This document shows, in pieces, positions 51,211-63,473 of a stretch of 64,000 nt of DNA. Origin of the DNA: Malacoraja senta (Eukaryota). Under the pieces are notes generated by a model, which made no database searches, had not been told where the DNA came from, and worked only from the letters and a program-made list of their open reading frames with translations. The position numbers and the translations under genes are program-made. The stretch covers positions 62,001 through 126,000 of the forward strand of contig CM075997.1 of assembly GCA_038087875.1 (NCBI GenBank). The letters run 5' to 3'. Within the stretch, counting starts at the first letter, position 1, and every line of letters starts with the position of its first letter.

Positions 51211-54200
51211 ACTCCTCTCGGAGGGCATGACCTCTGTTGATCTGGCAAAACGGATAATCCAGATTCTGGAAGCAAAGATTCTGCAAAACCGGTGGTGGGC
51301 CTGCAGTATGTTTACATGTTCTGTTGTGCTGCTGCAAGTAAGGATTTCATTGCTCCGTCTCGGGACATATGACAATAAAACACTCCTCACTCTTGTCGAG
51401 ATACTGACAGAGGCAGAGAGGAATAACACACCTGCTTCACCATTAGGAGCTGACCTGGATCTGCGAGGTTTAGTTTTAGGAACGTCACTCATTCCTTCTC
51501 TCCAAAGATGCTGCCTGTCCCGCTGAGTTACCCCAGAGTTTTGTGTCTACCTGAGATTTAGTTTTACTTTCGTTCAGACGCAAACAGGCCCTTCGGCCCA
51601 CCGGGTCCGCGCCGACCAGCGATCCCCGCACACTAACACTATCCTACACACACTGGGGACAATCTTCACATTTACACCAAGTCGATTAACCTGCAAACTT
51701 GCACGTCTTTGGAGTGTGGGAGGAAACCGGAGCACCCGGAGAAAACCCACGCGTTCAAGGGGAGAATGTACAAACTCCGCGCAGACAGCGCCCATCGTCA
51801 GGATCGAACCCGGGTCTCTGGCGCTGTAAGGCAGCAACTCTACCGCTGTGCCACCATGTCTCCCAGAAACTCAAGAGGAGTTTATTTCCTTGCAATGTTT
51901 TTAAAGCATGCCTTCCTCTTCCACCCACCTCCCTCCCTCCCTCTCTCCCTCTCTCTGCTGTTGGTCCTGATGCTGTCACCACCCTTTATTGATCCATGAT
52001 TAATCCTGGAGTGTAAGGGCCATCTTACAATTGACAGGCCGCACAACACAGGCCGCTTCAGCCACCAGAGCCTGCCATAGACACCAGCGGCTGTCTCTGT
52101 GTTCCCTGTCACCCCAGTGAAACCACATCCAGCCTCTGCACCCAGCAACACCCACCCCAAACACCAGCTAATCCCAGCCTGTCCCACACCTCTCTCCCCC
52201 CCACCCCCCTCCTCCTCCTCTGCAGTGAGATATTCATCTTCAGGCTTCCTACTTTTGAGTTAAAACCTTAACAGGGAGGAACTGCAGATGCTGGTTTCAA
52301 CCCAAGATAAGACGCCAAATGCTGGAGTAACTCAGCGGGACACGGAGTGGGTGACGTTTCGGGTCGAGGCCCTTCTGCAGACAAGTCCGAACAAGTGTCA
52401 CCCATTCCTTCTCTCCAGAGATGCCGCCTGTCCCGCTGAGTTACTCCAGCATTTTGTGTCTTGCCCACCTTGGGTTATAAACCAGCATCTGCAGTTCCTT
52501 CCTGCACAGCATATATCATCTGCTCGCAGCTCAGCGGGGAGCTTGTTAAAGTCGACAGTCGTTGCCCTCCCAGTCCCAGTCCCCCCCGTTCTCACCTTCA
52601 TCACAAAGGAGGAGCAGTGTGGGGCTTCTCTGTCCCGGGCTGCTGCTAAATCTACTTCTCTGCTCTGCCATGCGATTGCAGGCCCGGGGTGGGAAGGTCC
52701 TGGAGACGGGGAGACGGACACACACACTCACACACACTCAGATCAACAGAGGGAGGCTCTCTTGCTCGCTGCCTCCCTCTGCGTCGCTGTGTCTCAGCAC
52801 CTTCTCCGTCGCCTCAGCAGAGGTGCATGTGTCTGCCGGCCAGGCTGAGGCGGTTTTGCAAATCCTCCGGCCTTAACAACATCTGCAAAGCTAAACGAGG
52901 AAGGCCATTTGTTGACAGACACTTGCGAGGCTGCGGGAGCGTATCATGACAGAGTATTCACGGCATGCCTATATATGGACGGAGGGATTACACTGGCCTG
53001 CCAAGCCTGGTTAGACAGAGTGGACTGCAGCTCCTCCACTCCATCCAGCCAGCCAGCGTTAGTTAGTTAGTTAGTTAACCCATTGCACCCCTCACCTGTT
53101 ACTCCGAAGCAAAGATACTGGATCGTGTTAAAGAAGGAACTGCAGATGCTGGAAAATCGAAGGTAGACAAAAATGCTGGAGAAACTCAGCGGGTGCAGCA
53201 GCATCTATGGAGCGAAGGAAATAGGCAACGTTTCGGGCCGAAACCCTTCTTCAGACCTAGATCATCTGCTTCAAAAGACAGACACAAAAAAGCTGGAGTG
53301 AGTCAGCGGGACAGGCAGCATCTGATGGAGAGAGAAGGAATGGGTGACGTTTCGGGTCGAGACTCGAGACCCGAGACCCTTCTTCAGGTCTAACCAGTCA
53401 GCAGAAAGACAATACATGAAGGGTTTCAGCCCGAAACGTTGCCTATTTCCTTCGCTCCATAGATGCTGCCTCACCCGCTGAGTTTCTCCAGCACTTGTTT
53501 CTAAATTCACATATTATTTCTGCTTCAAATAACTCACAAACTAAACATATTCACCAATCAAGACATGATATATACCACAATGACATGCAGCAAAATTATA
53601 ATACAGTATCTCAACTCTTTTTACACATTGATTAATGCAATTTATATTAGTTCTTTCCACTTCCAAACAAAAATGTGGTTGGATTATTCAACATATGATC
53701 AACCTGTGTCAATAACCATGGTAACATGATTACAATCAATCAGGTATTCTTCAGGTCTTTCAGTCTGAAGAAGGTCTCGACCAGAAACGTCACCCATTCC
53801 TTCCCTCCAGAGATGATGCCTGACCCGCTGAGTTACTCCAGCATTTTGTGTCTACGGTTTAAACCTGCATCTGCAGTTCCTTCTTCCTACACTCCTGCTA
53901 CCCCTCTTATTCAATAACAACATAAATAACCTGCTGACCAAAGCAATATGTGTCGGAAGGAACTGCAGATAGAAGAGTCTCGACCCGAAACGTCACCCAT
54001 TCCTTCTCTCCAGAGATGCTGCCCGCCTGCTGAGTTACTCCAGTATTTTGTGTCTATCTATGGTTATTCGTCCTATTCAATAAAACCATAAATAAACTGG
54101 AAGTTATCAGGAATAGATCGGTTAAAGGCACTGTCTTTTATATAAATCAGCATCTACAGTCTACACAGATGCTGCCTGACCTGCTGAGTTACTCCAGCAC

Positions 54201-54227
54201 TCTGTGTCTATCTGCAGTTATATAGAT

Positions 54228-54960
54228 TCAAGATTCAAGTGAGTTTATTGTCATGTGTCCCTGATAGGACAATGAAATTCTTGCTTTGCTTCAGCACAAC
54301 AGAACATAGTAGGCATTGACTACAAAATAGATCAGTGTGTCCATATACCAATTATATATACATATACACACATGAATAAATAAACTGATAAAGTGCAAAT
54401 AACAGATAATGGGCTATTAATGTTCAGAGCTTTGTCCAAGCCAAGTTTAATAGCCTGATGGCTGTGGGGAAGTAGCTATTCCTGAACCTGAACCTGGAAG
54501 GGAGGTCAGAGCCGATGATGGACTGGGCAGTGTTTACTACTTATTGTAGTCTTTTCCTCTCCAGGGCGCTCAAGTTGCCGAACCAAGCCACGATGCAACT
54601 GGTCAGCATGCTCTCTACTGTGCACCTGTAGAAGTTAGAGAGAGTCCTCCTTGACATAACCGACTCTCCGTAATCTTCTCAGGAAGTAGAGGCACTGATG
54701 TGCTTTCTTAATAATTGCATCAGTGTTCTCGGACCAGGAAAGATCTTCAGAGATGTGCACGCCTAGGAATTTGAACCTCTTGACCCTTTCAACCATCGAC
54801 CCGTTGATATAAACGGGACTGTGGGGTCCCCATCCTACTCCTTCCAAAGTCCACAATCAGTTCCTTGGTTTTGCTGGTGTTGAGAGCCAGGTTATAGTGC
54901 TGGCACCATATGGACAGTTGCTCGATCTCTCTCTTCTATACTCTGACTCATCCTCATCAG
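54228..54960 (-). mobile_element. Rex1/Babar-like LINE 3' fragment (same family as 1865-2335, internally deleted)
   Basis: VERVKRFKFLGVHISEDLSWS translation; 3' UTR nearly identical to the 2.1-2.3 kb copy. Confidence 0.8.
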
Positions 54961-57317
54961 TGATTTATAGAGTTACAGACTCTATATTCATAGAGTTACA
55001 TATTACCATGCTAAAAAATACATTGCAGACACTCAGACTCCTCTGGTTTCAGAACCATAAGCAATAGAATAAACAGTACAGCACGGGAACAGGCCCTTCG
55101 GCCCACAATGTCCATGCCGTACATGACGCCAAGTTAAACTAATCTCCTCCGCCTGCACACGTGATCCATATCCCTCCATACCCTGCGCATCCCAGCTCTT
55201 CCCCAGCTGTTATCAGGCAACTGATCCTATCAAGAACTAGAGAGTGGTCCTGAACTACTATCCACCTCATTGGCGAACCTCGGACTATCTTTGATCAGAC
55301 TTTACTGGACTTTATCTTGCACTAAAACGTTATTAGTAGGGAATCGAGAACCAGGGGGAATAGGTTTAAGATGAAGGGGGAAAGAATTTATAGGAACCTG
55401 AAGGGCTGATTGTGGATGATCAGCCATGATCATATTGAATGGTTGTGTTGGCTCGAAGGGCCGAATGGCCTACCTCTGCACCTATTTTCTAAGTTTCTAT
55501 GTAACTTTATTCACACCAAGAGTGGGGGTGTCTGGAACAAGCTGCCGGAGGAGATAGTTGAGGCAGGTACAATCGCAACATTTAAGAAACATTTAGACAG
55601 TACATGGGTCGGATAGGTTTGGAGGGATAAGGGCAGGTAGGTGGGACTCGTGTAGATGGGGCATGTTGGTCGGTGTGGGCAAGTTGGGCCGAAGGGCCTG
55701 TTTCCACGCTCTATCACTCTATGATACTCTATGATTCTAATCATTTGCAATCCCAGGTCATGTCAGTGTTTACTATGTGCAGCTGGGAGTGAGGAAGTAT
55801 TTACAGTGCGTGTCTGGGACTTTGCCAGTATATACAGGAGGGTTGTCCCTCTGGGATGTGGGCCAGGGAGCTTGTTTCCCTCAGAGAGTGTACTAACACA
55901 GCCCATCTATCTTCGCTGTAAACCAGCATCTACAGTTCCTTCCTCCTATCTCCAATTATTCCACAGTCCAAGAACACCAAAAATAAACCTTTAAAAACAA
56001 GGAACTGCAGATGCTGGTTGACAACAACAGCAAAGACACAAAGTGCTGGAGTAACTGGACTCCAGAATCAAGAACCAGAGGGCATGGGTTTAATGTGAGG
56101 GGGGAAATATTTAATATGAATCTGAGGGGCAAATTCTTAATACAAACAGTGGTAGGTATATGGAACGAGCTGTCAGAAGAGGTAGTTGAGGCAGGTACTA
56201 TCATAACATTCAAAACACATTTGGACAGAAGAAGGGACTCGACCCAAAATGTCACTCATTCCTTCTCTCCAGTGATGCTGTCTGTCCCACTGAGTTACTC
56301 CAGCTTTTTGTGTCTATGGACAGGTACATAGAGAGGATAGGATAGGTTTCGGGTCTCGACCCAAAACGTCACCCATTCCCTCTCTCTGGAAATGCTGCCT
56401 GACCCGCTGAGTTACTCCAGCATTTTGTGTCTTTCTTCGGTGTAACCCAGCATCCTTCCTACACGATAGAATAGGTTTAGTGGTATGTGGGCCAAACAGA
56501 GGCAGGAGGGATCATGGCAGATGGGCTATGTTAGTCAACATAGGCAAGTTGAGCCGAAGGGTCTGTTTCCAACTCAGCGGGTCAGGTAGCATCTGTAAGG
56601 AACCATGAGTCTGATGAAGAGTCCCCTGAAACATCACCTAAACGTGTTCTCCACGTTTCCACTGGTGGGAGAGTCTAGGACCAGCAGGCACAGCCTCAGA
56701 ATTAAAGGGCGCTCTTTTATAAAGGAGGTGAGGAGGACCTTCTTTAGTCAGAGAGTAGTTAATCTGTGGAACTCATTGACACAGAGGACTGTGGAGGCCA
56801 AGTCAGTGGATATTTTTAAGGCAGAGATAGGCAAATTATTGATTAGAACGGATGTCAAGGGTTGTGGGGAGATGGCAGAGAACAGCCATGATTGAATGGT
56901 GGAGTGTACTCGATGGGCCGAATGGCCTAATACTACTATAACTTGTGAACTTGGGACCTGCTTCATTCCAGACCTCCAGCACTGTGTGTCTTTTTTTTGT
57001 GGCAAACCAGCATCTGCAGTTCCTTGTTTCCCCATGATACTTCAGCGGCTACTGACTGCTACGAACACCAAATCCCACAGCTGCAAGAAGCGCTCAGTCT
57101 CAGGTTACAGTTGGCGCAGTCATCATGGGGTGATTTTCATCTCAAAGAACCAACCAAACAGGTATAAAGTGAATCGATGCAAAAACATCTTAAAATGCAA
57201 AGTCACACAAGTTGCAATATTATTTTCATAGCACACAACTCCAGATATCCATGTAAGTGACTTTAATGTTGGTGTCCTGGCCTTGCCTGCAGTCCCAGTG
57301 TGGTGTGACCCATTGCC

Positions 57318-57828
57318 CAGGTGTACAGGTGAGGTGCAGAGGTGAGGTGTACATGTGAGGGGCACAGGTGAGGTGTTACAGGTGAGGTGCAGAGGTGAGG
57401 TGTACAGGTGAGGGGCACAGGTGAGGTGTTACAGGTGAGGTGTACAGGTGAGATGCACAGATGAGATGCACAGGTGAGATGTACAGGTAAGGTGCACAGG
57501 TAAGGTGTTACAGGTGAGGTGTTACAGGTGAGGTGTACAGGTGAGATGCGCAGGTGAGTTGCACAGATGCAATGCACAGGTGAGATGCACAGATAAGGTG
57601 CACAGGTGAGGTGTAATAGGTGAGGTGTACAGTTGAGGTGTACAGGTGAGGTGCACAGGTGAGGTGCACAGGTGAGGTGCACAGGTGAGGTGCACAGGTG
57701 AGGTGTAGAGGTGAGGTGCACAGGTGAGATGCACAGATGAGATGCACACGTGAGATGCACAGGTGAGGTGCACAGGTGAGGTGTTACAGGTGAGGTGTTA
57801 CAGGTGAGGTGCACAGGTGAGGTGTTAC
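57318..57828. repeat. 13-14-bp minisatellite (CAGGTGAGGTGCA)n
   Basis: Direct reading; about 25 CAGGTG hexamers by eye. Confidence 0.95.
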
Positions 57829-57885
57829 CTGTTCTCGTGTCCTGCCTCTCGCCTCCATTCAGGCCATTTAATCCCACTTCCGGGA
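57829..57885 (-). other. FBXO46: Putative non-coding exon 1 of FBXO46
   Basis: Short unique segment directly downstream (- strand) of a promoter-motif cluster, ending in donor ACAG|GTAACA at 57829. FBXO46 has an acceptor at 38747 that needs an upstream exon. The 5' boundary is approximate. Confidence 0.5.
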
Positions 57886-57980
57886 GACGTACATCATGAC
57901 GTAAGAAGTTAGGCGGGCCCAAACACAATGCCCTCTGGGGATTGTAGCTCAATACCGCAGTGACTTCTGGGGATTGTAGT
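57876..57980 (-). promoter_or_regulatory. Housekeeping-type promoter cluster: two ZNF143/SBS-like motifs, GC box, CRE-like site, ETS site
   Basis: On -: ACTACAATCCCCAGAAGTCA (57961-57980), GCTACAATCCCCAGAGGGCA (~57929-57948) and CCGGAAGT (57876-57883). On +: GGCGGG (57912-57917) and TGACGTAA (57897-57904). Confidence 0.7.
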
Positions 57981-59039
57981 ACGAAGGAACTGCAGATGTT
58001 GGTTTAAATCAAAGATACTATTGGTTTAAACTGAAGATGGACACAAAACGTTGGAGTAACTCAGCGGGTCAGGCAGCATCTGTGGAGAAAAGGACTAGGT
58101 GATGTTTCGGATCGGGACCCTTCTCCAGATTGAGAGTCGGGGGAAACGTGAGATTTGGACGATTATATCGAGAGATATAGCACAAACGAATGAAAGAAAT
58201 GCACAAAGTAACGATGATCAAGGAAAGGTGGAGCCCACAATGGTCCATTGTTGGTTGGGGGCTTGGTGTTAACGAGTTATACAGACAGTGAAACTCAACA
58301 GGACGACAGTGAAACTAGTACTAGGGTGAGGGAGGGATGGGGAGAGAGGGGATGCAAGGGTTACTTGGAGTTAGAGAAGTCAATGTTCATACCGCTGGGG
58401 TGTAAGCTGCCCAAACAAAATATGAGATGCTGTTCCTCTAATCATAAGATCATAAGAGATTCAAGCAGAATTAGGCCAATCGGTCCATCAAGACTGCTCT
58501 GCCATTCAATCGTGGCTGATCTATCTCTCCCTCCTAACCCCATTCTCCTGCCTTCTCCCCATAACCCCTGACACCCGTACTAATCAAGATTCTGTCTCTG
58601 CCTTAAAAATATCCACTGACTTGGCCTCCACAGCCTTCTGTGGCAAAGAATTCCACAGATTCACCACCCTCTGACCAAAGAAATTCCTCCTCATCTGCTT
58701 CCTAAAAGAACGTCCTTTAATTCTGAGGCTGTGGCCTCTAGTCCTAGACTCTCCCACTAGTGGAAACAGTGATGTTTTGGGTCGGGAGATGTCTGAAGAA
58801 AAGTTCCTCCAGCACATTGTTATTTTGCTCAAGTTTCCAGCATCTGCAGTTTTGTGTGTCTCAATAGACAATAGACAATAGGTACAGGAGTAGGCCATTT
58901 GGCCCCTCGAGCTAGCAATGACATTCAACGTGATCATGGCTGATTATCCCCAATCAGTACCCCGTTCCTGCCGTCTCCATGTTACTGCTCCATTGTAAGA
59001 TCTCTTCAAAGTATGCCTTCTTCGAAAATAGGACATAAT

Positions 59040-59292
59040 GTGCTGGAGTAACTCTGCAGGTCAGGCAGCATCTGTGGAGAACATGGATAGGTGACGTTTC
59101 ACAGAGTGCTGGAGTAACTCAGCAGGTCAGGCAGCATCTGTGGTGAACATGGATATGTGACTTTTCAGAGTGCTGGAGTAACTCAGCGGGTCAGGCAGCA
59201 TCTGTGGAGAACATGGATAGGTGACGTTTCACAGAGTGCTGGAGTAACTCAGCGGGTCAGGCAGCATCTGTGGAGAACATGGATAGGTGACA
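59040..59292 (-). repeat. Tandem array, ~4 copies of the same 66-bp unit, inverted
   Basis: Reverse complement of the 46.6-kb unit, repeated. Confidence 0.9.
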
Positions 59293-61894
59293 TTCCTGAA
59301 GAAAACGACTGAAGAAATCCCTCCTCATCTCCTCATATAGCAGTCTGAAGAAGGGTCTCGAACCAAAATATTACCCATTCCTTCTCTCCATAGATGCTGC
59401 CTGACACGCTGAGTTACTGCAGCATTTTGTGTCTATCTTCGGTATAAAACAGCATCTGCAGTTCCTTCCTACACACACACACATATATATATATATATCA
59501 CACACTGGACTTTTTTTCTCGGTTATTATATTGTATACAGTGTACTATGTTTGCATATTGTGTTGCGCTGCAGCAAGTAAGGATGTCATTGTTCTATCTG
59601 GGACATATGACAATAAAACACTCTGGACTCTTGAAAAACATCTTGCCTTCTGACCTCGTGATAGAAGCAAGGTCCTTGTTGAAGTAACTAAATGTAGTAG
59701 ACAGACACGCATACACTGCCTTGTACAACTGCATTCACGAGTCGACTTGTTGAAATAACACCTACCACGAAGTAAGGTACTTATATTTTGGTAAAATAAT
59801 TAACCTTTGTAAGTTGGTTTATCTTAAAGCATGTCAATCTTTGCAAAGATAATTTCCAAGGCAGAGCAGACTGGTGCTATTTAAGTAATTGCTTAATAAC
59901 ATTAATAGTATTTTAAAGTGTTAATATATAGAATGCATACGGATGGGGTGATAGATTTGATTATTTTTTAATAACAAATTCCTGTGATCTCAATCTAATG
60001 GTAAATGCTATTTGGTTTGAAATAATTTTAATAGTTCTCGTTTTATCATCAAAATCTCCTCCAAGTGTGTGAGATAATGGAAAGGTTGTTAGTGCAAAAA
60101 CAACGCAGTTTTCAAAGAATTGGCGCAGACAATGTAAAGAAACAATGTATAGGGACTTCCCCAGGGACTGGTGGCTTGGAGCCAGTCTGTCTGCAAAGTC
60201 CAACTGATCTTTCTCAATCTAAGTCCAGAGTCCCACTCTCCACCAATAAATACAACCTAACCTTCCTCTGTGCGGGCGGGAGTGTTTACTCTGCAATTGT
60301 AGTCTGTAGCCTTAAAGCGACCCTCACCTACCGATCTGAAGAGCCAAGAGCGTTTAATTGTCAACTGCGAATTTCCCACTGTGTAAGAAGGAACTGCAGA
60401 TGCTGGTTTACACAGAAGATAGACACAGAATGCTGGAGTAACTCAGCGGGTCAGGCAGCATCTCTGGTGAGAAAGAATGAGTGGCGTTTCAGGTCGAGGC
60501 CCTTCTTCAGTTACTCCAGCTTTTTATGTCTATTTTCGGTTTAAATCAGCATCTGCAGTTCCTTCCTACACCATGAAATTCCTACTGTGTAGATGCTGAT
60601 GTTGGTTGGCACCGAAGATAGACACAAAATGCTGGAGTAACTCAGCGGGTCAGGCAGCATCTCTGGAGAAAAAGGAACAGGGTGACACTTCGGGTCGAAA
60701 TCCTTCTTCAGACTGAGAGTCAGGGGATAGGGAAACAAGAGATAGTCAGGGACCGAGAAATTCCTATTTACAGCAGCTTAAAAGACAATTATTTATATGC
60801 AACACAGGCATACACTGCAGATGATAGAGCTGCTTCCTCACTTTGTTCTATGCAAGATTGCATCATCTGCAGTTCCTTGTGTCTCCCTTTAAACCTTTCC
60901 TATCCAAGTACCAGTCCAAATGTCCTTTCAATGTTGCCAATGTCCCAGCCTCAACTACCTCCTCTGGCAGCTTGTTCCATACACCCACCACCCTCTGTGT
61001 GAAAAACGCCTCTCAAGTTCCTATTAAATATTTTGTCAATTCACAATTTTTTTGCTTAGTTTATTTTAGAGATACAGAGCGGAAGCAGGCCCTTCGGCCC
61101 GCCGAGTCCGTGCTGACCGGTAATCCCCGCACACTAACACTATCCTATAAAGTATCCTTTATTGTCATTCAGACTTTTCAGTCTGAACGAAATTGTGTAC
61201 CTTGCAGTCATAACATAGAATAAAATAACAAAACACACAATGAACACAGTTTAACATCCACTACAGTGAGTCCTACACACACAAGGGACAATTTACCTAC
61301 AAACCTGTCTGAAGAAGGGTACACAAAAATGCTGGAGAAACTCAGCGGGTGCAGCAGCATCTATGGAGCGAAGGAAATAGGCAACGTTTCGGGCCGAAAC
61401 CCTTCTTCAGACTGAAGAAGGGTCCCGACATGAAACATCATCTATCCATGTTCTCCAGAGATGCTGCCTGACCCGCTGAGTTACTCCAGAACTTGGTGTC
61501 TTTTTGTTAACAAAAGGGATTACATTGTTTTGTAGTCGAGTCTGCCTGCAACTCTCCACCTAACGCACACACACACATACATACATATATAGAAACATGG
61601 AAAATAGGTGCAGGAGCAGGCCATTTGGCCCTTCGAGCCAGCACCGCCATTCAATATGATCATGGCTGATCATCCAAAATCAGTACCACGTTCCTGCCTT
61701 CTCCCCATATCCCCTGATTCCGTTAGTCCTCAGAGCTAAATCTAACTCTCTCTTGAAAACATCCAGTGAATTGGCCTCCACTGCCTTCTGTGGAGAGAAT
61801 TCCTCAGATTCACACACACACACATACACATACCTATATACACACACATATATATACTCAGACATGCATAATATACACACATAGGTACACATAT

Positions 61895-61925
<31 letters not shown>

Positions 61926-62352
61926 CAGATATATATTATATATATTTATATACACAGACACATACATATACACACACTGACACCTGCAACTAACATGCAT
62001 GCACACGGTAAAGGGGGGGGGGATGCACTTGATTGCAAAGTCGATCTTGCAGCCAGCATTCACTCAAAGAAACAAGAAAGAGAGAGCAAAATAAACAAGG
62101 CGACAGTCGAGCTGTTAATGATCTGGTTGGATGCAGTAAGTGATAGGGAGGGGAGGGGAGGAGTGTAAAGAGGCTGCAACCTGCGTGACTGCCTGCAAGA
62201 GCAGATGACAAAGTGGTCTTTAAATTTAAAATGCTCTTGTTATTTCAGTGCCCCTCCTCTCCCCTCTCCCCCCCCCCCCCTCCTCTCCCTTTAATGGTTG
62301 TGGCCAGGAGATGTGGTACACTGTGGTGCTGGGCATTGAAGTGGATGGTACC

Positions 62353-62826
62353 ATGGAGAGGATTGTTCCCAGGTTTGCTTTGGGAACCCAGGAGTTCGAC
62401 ATCTGGAAGGACTACCTGCAGCTGTCGCTGAAGGTGGAGGAGCTGTGTCGGCCTGGGATGGATGGTAGCGAGCCGGCGGATGTGCCCGCCGCTCCCGCTC
62501 CCCTCTCCGCTGGCACCTTACGCCCGCGGCTGGTGTCGTCGTCTGGCGAGTCCCCGCCCGACTGTGACGGTTCCGGCAAGAACGTGGGCAGCGTCTGCAC
62601 CTTCTGCAAGCACAACGGGGAGTCTCGCAAGGTGTACACCTCGCACATGCTGAAGGCGGATGGCGGGAGGGTGGTGTGTCCAATCCTGCGCAACTACGTC
62701 TGCCCGCTGTGCCAAGCCACGGGCGACTATGCGCACACCCTGAAGTATTGCTGCTTCAACCCCGACAAACAATCCCTCTACCGCAACCACGGGCGTAACT
62801 CAGTGGGCAAGAAGTCACGCCGCTGA
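62353..62826 (+). CDS. NANOS2: Nanos homolog 2, intronless, 157 aa (171 aa if the in-frame ATG at 62311 is used)
   Basis: NOT1-interacting motif FDIWKDYLQLS; two CCHC fingers CTFCKHNGESRKVYTSH…C and CPLCQATGDYAHTLKYC; NANOS2-type tail QSLYRNHGRNSVGKKSRR. ATG at 62353 is in ACCATGG context. Confidence 0.93.
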   Translation: MERIVPRFALGTQEFDIWKDYLQLSLKVEELCRPGMDGSEPADVPAAPAPLSAGTLRPRLVSSSGESPPDCDGSGKNVGSVCTFCKHNGESRKVYTSHMLKADGGRVVCPILRNYVCPLCQATGDYAHTLKYCCFNPDKQSLYRNHGRNSVGKKSRR

Positions 62827-62832
62827 CGGGCC

Positions 62833-63473
62833 GGCCAAAGTCTACCAAACAAGAGACCTCCTTCTAAAACTTGAAACACAGGTAGAGAAACCTTGGAGGC
62901 GGCCAAGGTCAACTGGATAAGAGACTTTCTTCTAAAACTTGTAACAGACAGAAACCTTGTGGACGGCCAAAGTCAACTGGACAAGACACCTTCTTCTAAA
63001 ACTTGAAACACAGGTGGGGAAACCTTGTAGATGGCCAAAGTCAACTAAACCAGAGTCTGAAGAATGGTCTTGACCCAAATCGTCACCCATTCCATCTCTC
63101 CAGAGATGCCGCCTGTCCCGCTGAGTTACTCCAGCATTTTGTTTCTATCTTCAAACAAGATAATTTATTTTAAAACTTGTAATATGGGCAGAGAAGCCTT
63201 GTCGATGGCTGAAGTCAACCAGAAGAGAGACCTTCTTTTAAAACTTGCAACGTAAGCAAGGAAGCTTTGTAGGCTGAAGTCAACCAAACGAGAGACTTTC
63301 TTTTAAAACTTGTAATATAAGAAGTTTTATAGACAGCTAAAGTCAACCAAAACAGAGACTTTTCTTTTAAAACCTCTAACATAAGCATAGAAGTTTTGTA
63401 GACGGCTAAAGTCAACCAAAAGGGAGACTTATCTTTTAAAACATGTAGCATAAGCAGATAAGTTTTGTACATA
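62833..63473 (+). repeat. Eight degenerate ~65-bp tandem units immediately 3' of the nanos2 stop codon
   Basis: Approximate consensus GGCYAAAGTCAACCAAA-N-AGAGACYTTCTTYTAAAACTTG-N-AGAA(A/G)YYTTGTAGA; unit 4 is interrupted by a PLE repeat (~63056-63152). Confidence 0.9.

Noticed and set aside
52510..53100. Unique GC-richer block in the FBXO46 intron as a hidden exon or gene
   Set aside because: No recognisable protein motif in any frame and no convincing splice pair; could be regulatory but unsupported.
62248..62310. 192-aa nanos start from the ORF track
   Set aside because: GTG start in a poly-C tract; ATGs at 62311 and 62353 are more plausible.
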